From the human T2T-CHM13v2.0 reference genome, Homo sapiens, in the NCBI RefSeq assembly GCF_009914755.1, contig NC_060948.1: DNA of 64,000 nt; one strand, given 5' to 3'. Shown here in pieces: positions 47,326 to 58,743 of the stretch. Made by a program: the position numbers and the translations under genes. How positions within the stretch are numbered: the first letter of the stretch is position 1; every line of letters begins with the position of its first letter. A model generated the notes under the pieces. The model did no database searches and was not told the origin of the DNA. It saw nothing but the letters and a program-made list of their open reading frames with translations.

Positions 47326-48274
47326 TTGAGCTGTATTTTATTAAGATTACTGTAAAACACACCAAACCTCAGAATCTCCACCATTCTGGATATTGGAGAT
47401 TGAGAAGGCCTGCTCCCTGAACTTTTCCTCACAATTTAGATAAAATCATCCTAAATTCATGGAATAATCAAGGATCTAAACAAGTAATTAAACTCCTCAG
47501 ATCAAATGATGACTACAGCCATTGATGATGGCACACTTAAAGGGACAGCGTTGTGAAAGGAAAAATGCTGAAATAAAATAAAGGAGGATAAAACAATTGC
47601 ACCAGCCATCAGATGTATATTCTTCCCTGCTTATTAACAAGCTTGCAGCTTTAACATTGCTTCAGTGTCCTTTTTGTCAGGAAAGGTCATATTGTTTTTA
47701 ACATGCTAGGGCCACATACACTACTACCCTCCTTAGGTGAGTTAGAAAATATCCCTTGTGACTGTGACCACTCCCCTCCTCCCAGCTGCAATCTGTGTGG
47801 CATGTTGAGAGCAGCTTCTGCAGCAGCTGCAAGGGCAACATGGGGAGGAGAGGGAAGCTCTGAAGAAGCTGCAGGCTGCCCCAGGCTGGTGGATGTTTTC
47901 AGCCTTAGAGGCAGTCAGAGTTCCCAGGGGGTTCATGGGAGGCATTGTGGGTTAAATTAATTCAATTGTTATGGAAAGGCTGGGCCTGGAGGAAGCCTAG
48001 GCCAATGGCCTACAAGTTTCTAAGGCGAAGGTTGGGTAATTGCAACAAAACAACTAACATCTCTTATAATTGGAAATGTACTTTAAATGCTTGCTAAGTC
48101 TACCCTGAGGCACAGTGGTCAATGTTTTACCCAATAAAGATATAAGATCCTGCTCTCAGGAAGCTGTATCTGCTTACCATGCAAATGGGTACCTATCTTC
48201 AATTTTGTAACTCTGAGTTGAGTTATTTAAGGGGAAAACACTTTAAGCCAACTGTCATTAAAGCATATATCTGG

Positions 48275-48620
48275 TGATACAGTTTGGCTGTGTCCCCACA
48301 TAAATCTCATCTCAAATTGTAATCCCCATGTGTGGAGGGAGGGAGGTGATTGGATCATTGGGGTGGTTTCCGCCATGCTGTTCTCATGATAGTGAGTTCT
48401 CACAATAACTTATGGTTTTATAAGTGTTTGCAAGTTCCCCCTTCCCCCTCTTTCTCCTGCTGCCTTGCAAAAAAAGTGGCTGCTTCCCATTCTGCCATGA
48501 TTGTAAGTTTCCTGAGGCCTCCCCAGCCATGTGGAACTGTGACTCTATTAAACCTCCTTCCCCTATAGAGTACCCAGTCTCAGGGAAGTTGTTTATAGCA
48601 GTGTGAGAATGAACTAACAT
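48275..48620 (+). mobile_element. THE1D/MST-type MaLR solo LTR
   Basis: tgatacagtttggctgtgtccccac..aaatctcatctcaaattgtaatcccca...ccatgattgtaagtttcctgaggcctccccagccatg. Confidence 0.88.
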
Positions 48621-49023
48621 TAATACATATGGGAAGGCCTGATTTTCCTCCTACCCCTATGTTCATACAAGACTTAGGTCTTTGGTAACCCAGGAGACCA
48701 GCAGAAAACTCTCAGCTCAGCTGCACACCCTGGGACAAGTTTGTTAGCCTGTCTGACCTACAGTGTCTGTTGGAGAAATGTATTTAATAAATAGCTGCTG
48801 GTCTGGAGAGGGGGGTAGCCTTAAACCTGGTGGGGGCGGGGGGTGAGATGCTCTAGGTGTGGGAGGTGGCAGGCAGCCCAAGGAATGAAGCCAGGCCCTC
48901 TAAAGCCCAGTGGCCTTACAGGAAATCCCAGCTCTGCAGCTTTCTAGCCAGAAACTTTGTAAGCTAGCAGCCCTGGGTAAAGCAACTATAAAATGAGGAT
49001 CCTAGTCATACTGCATGTCTTAT

Positions 49024-49611
49024 TGTGTCTGGAATTGGTGGGTTCTTGGTCTCACTGACTTCAAGAATGAAGCCACGGACACTTCCGGTGAGTGTTACAG
49101 TTCTTAAAGATGATGTGTCCGGAGTTGTTTGCTTCTGATATTTGGACCTGTCCAGAGTTTCTTCCTTCTGGTGTTTCATGGTCTCACTGACTTCAGGAGT
49201 GAAGCTGCAGACCTTCACAGTGAGTGTTACGGCTCCTAAAACAGCTCTTAAAGGCAGCACATGGACCAAAAGAGTCAGCAGCAGTGAGATTTATTGTGAA
49301 GAGTGAAAGAAAAAAGCTTCCACAGCATGGAAGTGGACCCCAGTGGGTTGCTGCTGCTGGCTCAGTTGGCCTGCTTTTATTCCCTTATCTGGCCACCACC
49401 ACCTCCTCCTGATTGGTCCATTTTACAGAGAGCTGACTGGTCCATTTTACAGAGAACTGATTGGTCCATTTTGACAGAGTGCTTATTGGTGTATTTACAA
49501 ACCTTTAGCTAGACACAGAGTTCTGATTGGTGCATTTATAATCCATTAGCTAGACAGACAATTTCTCCAAGTCTCCACTTGACCCAGAAGCACAGCCAGC
49601 TTCACCTCTCA
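49024..49611 (-). promoter_or_regulatory. 3' LTR (LTR12 family), 588 bp
   Basis: rc begins TGAGAGGTGAAGC and ends AATTCCAGACACA; repeated ctgattggt (CCAAT) motifs; PPT rc AGAGGGGTGAT at 49612-49622. Confidence 0.88.
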
Positions 49612-49668
49612 ATCACCCCTCTAAACAGGACACCACGACTGCTGTTGGGAATTTGGCCAACGACCACT

Positions 49669-50170
49669 CTAGCTACTTCCGGCTGGATGGGGGTGAAGAA
49701 GGGGTCCAGTGGGTTGGTAGAAGTTGTTAGTTAAACTCATTTGGGGTTTCATTTGTAAGGCCATCTGAAGCTTGATGGCCTCAATTCTAGAGGAAACAAA
49801 TTTGACAAGAGGGTTAAAAATACAGGGCCCAAAGGCTAGTAACAACAAGATGGCTGCCACAGGACATAGAAAGGGGAGAAGCCATGTTGCCCAACTCCAG
49901 AGGTTGGTATAAGAGTTTGAAAGGCATTGTCTAATTTCAGAAGACATTTCCTGTAAATGCCAGGTGGCATCTCATACTATCCCTGACTGGTTAGTGTAAA
50001 AACAACTCTCTTCCCCTAAGAAGGTGCAGAGTACTCCTTTCTCAGCAGTGAGGAGGTCTAGGCCTTGGTGCTTTTGGAGAGGCACTGATGCAGAAGACTC
50101 TATTTGGGATTGTAGTTACTATCCTTACTGGATAGATTTTGTTATTTCTTGCAGACTGAGAAATCCTTTG
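49669..50170 (-). pseudogene. env: HERV9 env remnant (TM subunit only)
   Basis: Immunosuppressive-domain-like [15 protein letters not shown] (~50037-50080); TM and tail WLLPFL..ILLLLAFGPCIFN.LVKFVSSRIEAIKLQM. Confidence 0.85.
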
Positions 50171-50749
50171 AGAATGTGGTAGTAAGATAATGCATGTTAC
50201 ATTATTCATTTTTAGCAAATTTTACTTTAGTAGAAAACTTTGTAAGTTTGGGATTTTAATTTTTCTTTGCTATTAAAAAAACCTCATTCAGTCCATATTA
50301 ACTAAGAATTGGTATAGATGGCTCCGTCCTGATTCTGTAAGTACTTTAAGGTTTGGCTGAGTGCAAACAGCTAGCGCATTTGAGCAGACCAATTATTAGG
50401 CAATTTTCCTAACTCTGCTTCTATAAGAGTTTCCTTATCATTTACTCAATACCCATTGTGACTTTTTCCTTGATCACCTAGGAGGAACCATCTATCATCC
50501 AGTCCTGAAGGGAGTTCCTCCTATGTCTGGCCGGACCTCCAGATTTAGATCCCCTATTAGGAAATCTGCTGGGTTACGGATTTTTTATAGGAAGGGTACA
50601 GGTTGTCAGTGGCCTTAGTGCTTTCAGGCTATGCCCTTGTTTACACTGACAACAAAGTAGTTTTGGAGTGTTACAGAGTTACAGAGAAGACCTTCGATTA
50701 TCAATTATAGGTTTTAAATTCAGCTTGGCTTTTAAAGTAATAGGGTGCA

Positions 50750-50945
50750 CTATTATTTTCTTTACTATTTCCATTTCTCTTTCTTTCTCTTTGACTTTCT
50801 GTCTCTCTCTGACTCCTTTTTCTCTGTCTCTTCCTCTCTCTCTGTGTCTTTGTTTCTGCCTCTCTCTCTCTCTTTCTTTCTCTTTCTCTGTTTCCTTCTG
50901 CCTTTGACTTTGTCTCTCTCTTTCTCTCTGTTGTTCTTTCCCTGT
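50750..50945. repeat. CT/GA-rich low-complexity tract inside HERV9
   Basis: tctctctctttctttctctttctctg pattern. Confidence 0.85.
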
Positions 50946-50974
50946 CACTGCCAGCCATTTACACTGCTGTTCTC

Positions 50975-53150
50975 CCTTCTCCTTCCCCTTTTTGATAGCT
51001 TCAGCAGTGTAAGACTGCCACCTCCTTGGGTTTTTGCACTATGTGCAATAACTCTATGATTTTCTTGTGGTATTTAGTAGCGGTTCCCCCAGAGGTTAGG
51101 GACTTTCTTTCTTTCCATATTGCAGCATGGGCACATAGGATTAGATAAGCATACTTGCTATCTGTATACACATTTATTCTTCTTCCATTTCCCAGTTCTA
51201 AGGCTCGGATAAGTACCATTAGTTCTGTTAACTGCATGCTGGTCCTTGGGGGAAGAGGCTTACTTTCAAGTACAGTTACATCACTAACTATGGCATAACC
51301 TGTCTTTCATGTCCCATTCTCCACAAATGAACTTCCATTGATATATAGGTTAAGGTCAGGATTAGCTAAGGGGACTTCTAAGAGACTATTTTGAGCGGCA
51401 TAAATCTGGACTATATTTTGTTGGCAGTCATGCTCGATTGGTTCGCCAGCCTCTGGGAGAAAAGTGGCAGGGTTGAGGGCCACACATATACATATTTGAA
51501 GCACCAGTCCCTCAAGGAGTAGCACCTGTTATCTAAGCAGGCAGTTGTCTGATAGCCATAAACTTCCTTTGGCACCTAGTAAACCATTTTCATCATGAGT
51601 AGTTCAGACAGTGAGATCCTTTCCTTGTGTTATTTTGATAGCCTCTGACACTAAGACAACCACCAACACAACTATCCTTAAACAGTGAGGCCAGCCTTTT
51701 GCTACTAAATCAATTTCCTTACTCAAGTATGCCACTGGTTGTGGGGTTGTCCCAGGAGTCTGAGTAAGGACTCCAAGAGCTATCCCTGCTCCCTCTCTGA
51801 CATATAGAGAGAAGCTTTGTCTTATGGGAAGGCTTAAAGTTGGAGCAGGTACTAGGGCCTGCTTTAAGGTTTTGAAGGCTGTTTCTGCCCCTGGTTCCCA
51901 TTCTACTAGTTGAGTATTTGCCCATTGGGTCTCCTTGATTAGAGTATAGAGGGGTCTGCTTATCTCGCTGTATCCAGGGATCCATAGTTGGCAAAACCCA
52001 GTGATTCCAAAGAATCCCCACAGCTGTTTAATATCTCTGGGCAAGGATAAGCCAGTATAGACTGTATTCACTCCTTGCTGAGAGCCTTGGTTCCTCTGGC
52101 TAAGATTAGGCCTAGATATTTTGCCTGTCACAAGCAAAGCTGGGCCTTCAACCTAGATGTCTTGTACCCTTGATTAGCTAAAAAGTCCAAGAGCTCTAGA
52201 GTAGCCTGCTGGCATGGAGCTTCTGAAATGGCAGCCAAAAGTAAATCATCCACATATTGATGTACCAGAGTTCCTAGACTTGAGAAGTGGCATAGATCTT
52301 GGGCCAGTGTCTGACCAAACAGGTGAGACCTGTCCCTAAACCCTTGGGGCAAGACTGTCCACGTAATTTGGGATGTGTGGTATGTGAGATCCTCAAAGGC
52401 AAAGAGAAACTGGGAGTCGGAGTGTGGGGGAATACAGAAGAAGGCATCCTTGAGCTCCAGAACAGTGAACCATTATGCTTCCTCAGGTATTTGAGAGAGC
52501 AGGATATAGGGGTTCGATACACCTGGATATGGAGGAATTAGTACCTCATTGATGAGTCTAAGATGTTGCACTAGTCTCCATTGACCATTCGGTCCTTGTA
52601 CTCCAAGAATTGGGGTGTCACCAGGACTGCTGCATTTCCTTACTAAGACTTGAGCTTTTAAATGTTTAACAATATCCTGGAATCCTTTATGAACTTCAGG
52701 CCTTAAGGGATACTGCCTTTGATAAGGAAAACTGATGGGATATTTTAGCCTGATTTGACTGTGTAGGCATTTTTTGCCCTTCCAAATTGTCCTTCCAATA
52801 CCCAGAATTCAGGGTTGATTCCCTCCTCAAGTAGGGGACAACAAATGGGTAAATTGCTCCCCATATTCATGTAAATAATAGCTCCATGTTTGACTAATAT
52901 GTCTCTCCCTAATAAGGGTGTGGGACTTTCAGGCATAACAAGAAAGGCATGTGAAGAGAGTAAAGTCTCCCAATTAAAACTGAGGAGGTGAGAGAAATAC
53001 CTGGTTACAGGCTGTCTCAGGATTCCTCAGATTGTAACGGATCTTGACAGGAGATTAGCACTGAGAAGGCTGTGCCAGTGTCAAGGAGGAAGTAAATTTC
53101 CTGGCCCTCAGTGGTTCAGTGTACCTGGGGCTCAGTGAGGGTCATGACAT
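50975..53150 (-). pseudogene. pol: HERV9 pro-pol remnant (protease, RT, RNase H; no integrase)
   Basis: PESPTPLLGRD (protease), PQGFRD..LF and QYVDDLLLA (RT), FFGITGFC.LWIPGYS, QPVAYLSK, NVYTDSKYAY..AHAAIWKER (RNase H); disrupted. Confidence 0.9.
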
Positions 53151-53159
53151 GAGCTGTTG

Positions 53160-54630
53160 CTTGCCCTGGACACCCTCAGTCCTGTTGTTGGATCATCTGG
53201 TTGGGAGCTTCTGACCCAGAGAACCTTTGTCTTCTGGGGCAGTGCACCTTCCAGTGATTGCCTTGGCATAACAGACATGGATGAGGGGGCAGCTTATTTC
53301 TCACTGGACAATCTTTTAAAGTGTACTTGTAAACCACACAGATAACAAGCCCTATCAGGTGATTGGCCTACTCCATTTTCTGTCCTCTCTGAACCACCAA
53401 GTTTGGTTGTCTGAGGGCCATGACTAAGGCTGTGGTCTTTCTCTGATCTTGCTTTTCCATTTGGGCCTGTTTCTCTTGGTCCCTATTATAAAACACCAAG
53501 GTTGCCAAGTTTAATAATGCCTCCAGATTTTGTTCAGGGCTCAGGGCTTGCTTTTCAAGCTTTCTCCTGATATCTGTGGCTCACTGGGTAATAAACTTAT
53601 CTTTTAGAATCAATTGACACTCAAGTGATTCAGGTGACAGGGGAGTATATTTTCTTAAGGCATCCTGTAGCCACTTGAGGAAGGGAGAAGGATTTTCTTC
53701 CTTTCTCTGAGTTATGGTGGACATCATTGAATAATTCATGGGCTTTTTTCTAATTCTCCTTAGTCCTTCTAGAACACAGGTCAACAGATGTTTACAACTC
53801 CAGGCCCCATGATCTGAGGCAAGTTCACAGTGGGGATCTATACTGGAGATGGCTTGCTGACTGGTAGGGAATTTGTCCCTTTCTTCAGCTGTCATTCTAT
53901 CATTCACTTGACTATGATACCATGTATCCCCAAACTCTCAGGCTGCAGCTAAAGCTGCATTCTTTTCATTAAAGGCCAGGGTTTGATCTAACAATAACAT
54001 GACATCTCTCCAAGTGAGATTGAAGGCTTGCCCTGGACCCTGTAGGACATCTATGTACCTATCAGGATCATCTGCAAACTTCCCCAGGTCTGCCCTTATC
54101 TGCTTTAAATCAGAGAGAGAGAAAGGCACATGTACCCAGGTTGGGCCAAATTCTCATCCCCCTGTAACTTAAAGGGGACAGAACAGATAGCCCAGGGAGT
54201 TTTGTGGTCCTTTGGATATTTCTTTGCTTATTTCCTTCTGGGAAGGGGAGATTAGAGGAGAATTATCATTAATAGGAAGGGGTGCTATAGGGAGGCTAGG
54301 ATATAGGGGTAAGCCGAGAGGTCCTCCTGTGGGATGTAAATTGCAAGCTTAGCATAGTTGTAGATTCTCCTTCAGTGAAAAGAGCTTGGACATAAAGTAT
54401 TTCACTCCAATTGCCTTCCCTCTTACAGAAAATGTCAAGCTGCAGGATAGTATTGTAATTTATACTTCCCTCAGGTGGCCATTTTTCCCCATCAGAGAGA
54501 GAATATTGGGGCCAGGCCATAGTGCAGAAAAAAATGAGCCACCTCTTTTTCAGGGTTTCTGGGTCAATTGGTCCCAATGGCTTAGAAGGCATATCAAAAG
54601 TGAGCCTGTTGATTTCTGAGTGTTTCCCAT
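53160..54630 (-). pseudogene. gag: HERV9 gag remnant
   Basis: MGNTQ start near 54628, [56 protein letters not shown] (MHR-like); frameshifted. Confidence 0.88.
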
Positions 54631-55784
54631 CTGAAAGAAAAAACTATCTACAGTGTTGATTTGTTTTATTTCTCCCCTGACCAAGAATCTGCAATGGTCC
54701 CTGGACCCTGCTGATCGGAGAGTTGCACTCACCAACACAGAAGAAGAAACATTAATTTTCCTCTTAGACCACAAAGAGGGCCAAGGAAGGTCGGATTGAG
54801 TGGCCCTTACTGACACATTCTTGAAAAGCTGCACCCTTGCCTGTCCTCCTAGACCACAAAGAGGACCTAGAAAAAAATTGTATTTATTGGCCTTTACTGA
54901 TGCATTCTCCAAAACCTGTTAGAGTCCTAAGCATTCCCTTGTTAGTATTGGGACCTTCCCTGTGTCCTATAAAGATGCTATTCTCCAAAAATGAAGTGGA
55001 GGGCCATACCCTGAGGGAGGGAAGGGATCTCCAAGGTTCAAAGAGTAAAATCTTTTGTCCTCATTTGTATAGGAAGGATATCATTTCTGAAGCTCCCAAT
55101 AGCCTAGCTTCAGGAATGGCTCTTGTTAGGCCTGCTTGTCTGAGGAGGGACCCTAAAATTCCAGATAGTCCCCCCTACAATGGGGCTCTGGGCAAAAATT
55201 ATGATTTTCTGATTGGTGAGCCCAAGTGCCTAAAGAAGGTAACAGACTCCTGAAGATTATACTGGAAATCATTCTTACAGGAGAAACTAGAAATGCACCA
55301 GAGAGAGGGAGTGGTTTTTACAAGCAGGGCTAGCCTTGGAGAAGAGAGGTGAGAGGAAGTTTGTCTGAAAGGCATTAGGATCCAGGCAGCAAGGGTCAGG
55401 ATAGATAGGATATATGGGTGAGTCTCACTTGGGCAACATGACTTTGAGAGTTCCGCTCATGGCCACAGGGTCAACCAACTTGTTGTCAGGACCCCAGAGC
55501 TGAATGGTTTTCCTCTTTGTCAACCCTCAGCTCAGCCCAGAAGTACAGGAAAAGCAGAAGCTGGTTCCAGGCAAACCAACCCTCCCAACCCTGAAGAGTG
55601 AGGAGTTGTTAGAGAGCCCTTTCCCAGAAAGCCTGACACCCATATCTTTAGTCCGGTGACCACACTAGTCACATTTAACTGACAGACAGATGCCCGGTAT
55701 TTAGCCCCCAAATTCTAAGGAAAAATAGGACAGAATAGCAAGCAAAAGGGTTCTGATGGTGCTTACTGCTCAGCAATAGTCGAT

Positions 55785-55802
55785 TTCCCTTCATGGTTGC
55801 CA
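55785..55802 (-). other. Primer binding site (tRNA-Arg-like)
   Basis: rc TGGCAACCATGAAGGGAA immediately inside the 5' LTR. Confidence 0.75.
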
Positions 55803-55805
55803 AAA

Positions 55806-56536
55806 TGTGTCTGAAATTGGTGGGTTCTTGGTCTTGCTGATTTCAAGAATGAAGCCGCGGAATCTTGTGGTAAGTGTAACAGTTCTTAAAGATGGTGTGT
55901 CTGGAGTTTTTTCCTTCTGATGTTTGGACATGTCCAGAGTTTCTTCCTTCTAGTGGGTTCATGGTCTCACTGACTTCAAGAGTGAAGCTGCAGGCCTTCA
56001 AAGTGAGTGTTACTGCTCTTAAAACAGCTCTTAAAGGTGGCACATGGACACAAAGAGTGAGCAGGCGCAAGATTTATTGTGAAGAGCAAAATAACAAAGC
56101 TTCCACAGCATGAAAGGGGACGCAAGCAGGTTGTTGCTGCTGGCTGGGGTGGCCTGCTTTTATTCCCTTATCTGGCCCCACCCACATCCTGCTGATTTGT
56201 CCATTTTACAGAGAACTGATTGCTCCATTTTACAGAGAGCTGATTGGTCCGTTCTATAAAGAGCTGATTGGACCATTTTGACAGAGTGCTTACTGGTGCA
56301 TTTACAAAACTTTAGCTAGACACAGAGTGCTGATTGGTGCATTTACAATACTTTAGCTAGACAAAAAAGTTCTCCAGGCCCCACCAAACTACCTAGACAT
56401 AGAGAACTGATTGGTGCGTTTACAAAACTTGAGCTAGACACAGAGTGCTGATTGTTGCATTTATAATCCTTTAGCTAGACAGAAAAGTTCTCCAAGTCCC
56501 CACTCAACCCAGAAGCCCAACTGGCTTCAACTCTCA
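55806..56536 (-). promoter_or_regulatory. 5' LTR (LTR12 family), 731 bp
   Basis: Homologous to 49024-49611 with additional ~41-bp tagctagacacagagtgctgattggtgcatttacaa repeats. Confidence 0.88.
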
Positions 56537-57024
56537 TTAGTACAACTCTTCAAGCATTTCCCTATACAAATGCTAAAGGATTTGACTATGGTTACTGCCT
56601 GAGAACCCCTGAGAATGTTACATGTCATGGAACATATGAATTATAATACCTTTTAAAAATAATAATTAAAAAATCTAAATTTTTAAATTTTTAAATCTGC
56701 CTCCATAGGTCTTGGATAAGGAATTATGAACCCAAGTTTATGACTGCTTACTTATGAAGTTACACTTTAAACATCTTACACAAATGAATCAACTTAATGC
56801 ATTTCTCCCTTAAATTTACTTGATATATCTTGAACCTAATTTTTATTATTCCTAATTACAAAAAGGACAAAAATCCCAAAGCCAGTGTTTTGTGCTAGTT
56901 AGGCTGGTTCCTTAAAGACACAAAATAAACTATAAAAAGGGCTGATCTTGAGTTAGAATCAAATTGTCACAATCTGACAGTTATAACGATATTCACTGAC
57001 TCTGTGTGTGTTTTAAAAGTTCGG

Positions 57025-57307
57025 TTTGTTTTCATTATGAGACAAGGTCTCATCCCAGTGTAGTGGGGTGATCACATCCCACTGCAGCACTGACCTCTTG
57101 GAGACAAGTGATCCTCCTGCCTCACCCTCCCAAGTACCTGGGGCTAAAGATGTGCACCACCACACCAGGCTAATTTTTAAATTTTTTGTAGAGACAGGGT
57201 CTCCTTATATTGCCCAGCCTAGTCTTGAACTCCTGGCCTGAAGTGATCTTTCCACCTTGGCTTCCCAAAGTGCTCGGATTACAGACATGAGCCAAGGTGC
57301 CCAGCCA
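57025..57307 (-). mobile_element. AluJ
   Basis: Diverged antisense dimer, tttttgtagagacagggtctc. Confidence 0.85.
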
Positions 57308-58120
57308 GGAGTTTAACCTCTTACTGATCATGTTACCAAAGAGATTTGGTCAACAAGATCAAGGCCCATCTCCTGGGTAGACTCCTCTGATACTTCTTTC
57401 CTTGCTTGTACTTCCTTCTGTTCAGCTGGGAAAGCAGTGAGGCGGGAGGACTGCCTACAGGTACGGGTCCAGCAGCCCTTATACTACTCCTGGAGGCTCT
57501 CAACGTTGACTCTAGCTGAGGCAGGTGTATAGGGGCAGAACTGCATGTGGATGCAGGTCTATCAGCCTGTCCACGCTATCAAAATGGCTCCTGATGTTGA
57601 CACTGGCCAGGCCCTTGAAAACAGGAAAGGTGAAAATGGTTCACCATTTACACTAGCTGCTTTAAGTAGGGCAATGATCTTATGTGATGGCCACCTCATT
57701 GCAGTGCAGAATTAGGGCCAAGTAGATGCAAGTGAGTTCCAACAAAGACAGAGGCCATGGTGTGCGGCTGCCACCACGGGACAGGGTGCTACTCACCCAA
57801 TAAGTGACGTTTCACCACAATATTAAGCTAAGCTTAAGATAAGCTAAGGCTTTATCTTCTTTGGAAGGGCTGAGAACCTTAATGGCAGCTGAGGAAAAAG
57901 GGTCAGCAGTGTCTTTGAATGTGTGGAAAGTAATGTATTTTAAAGTGATGTTTCTTTAATTAGAAAACCCAGCATCCAGTACGTTTTGATAGAAGTGGTG
58001 TCATTTTTCTAAACCATTCTGACGGTACACTGTAGATAATCAGTAATTGTTGAATTTATTTAAAATGTACACCCACTAGCTTTGTTCATTGAAGATATTC
58101 TACTGCTTGTTTCCTTAACA

Positions 58121-58743
58121 CCCTGATTCTCAAAGTGAGGTTGCAGGACCAGCAGCATCAGTATTATGTGAGACGCTGTCCAACTACATATTCTTGGGCT
58201 CTGTCTTAGTCTATTTTCCGTTGCTTATTAACAGCCTACCTAAAACGTGATAATTGATTAAGATATTTATTCTTACAGTTATGGGGGCTGAGAAGACCAA
58301 TGTCAAGAGACTGCTTTTGGGGGTGGTCTTCTTCCTCATGGGGACTCCATACAGCCCCAAGATGTCACATGGCATCACATCTCAAGGGGTCTGAGGGCAC
58401 AAGCTCAGGTCTCTCTTCCTCTTCTTATAAAGCCACAGTCCCACTCCTTTGATGATAACCCATTCATCCAATAACTCATTAATCTATTAATCCATGAATG
58501 AAAGGGTCCATTTATGAGGTCAGAGCCTTCATGACCCAACACCTCTTAAAGGTCCCACACCTCTCAATACTGCCACAGTAGAGATTAAGTTTCAACATGA
58601 GTTTCAGAGAGAATAAACATTCAAACCACACAGCAGGCCCCACACCAGGTCTACAGAATCAGAAACTGGGGTGGGGCCCAGCAATGCGTGTTTTACAGAG
58701 CCCTCTCAGTGATTTGAATGTGTGCTCAAGTGGAGGGCCACTG
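58121..58743 (+). mobile_element. MER5A (hAT-Charlie DNA transposon) split in two (58121-58201, 58636-58743)
   Basis: ttctcaaagtg..ggaccagcagcatcag / ggccccac.ccag..ctac.gaatcagaaact.gggtggggcccagcaat..gtgtttt...ccactg. Confidence 0.8.
58202..58635 (-). mobile_element. MST (MSTC/D-like) MaLR solo LTR inserted in MER5A
   Basis: tgtcttagtc...catgacccaacacctcttaaagg...tttcaacatgagttt...acattcaaacca..gca; TSD ggctc / ggccc. Confidence 0.82.

Larger units (their letters stand above)
49024..56536 (-). mobile_element. HERV9 (ERV9) provirus with two LTR12-type LTRs, defective
   Basis: Paired LTRs, tRNA-Arg PBS, gag-pro-RT-RNaseH remnants, env TM remnant, PPT; flanks ttat / ttag fit a 4-bp TSD with one change. 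Confidence 0.92.

Noticed and set aside
50668-51059. Arg/Glu/Lys-rich and Ser/Leu-rich ORFs
   Set aside because: Translation artefacts of the GA/CT low-complexity tract in HERV9
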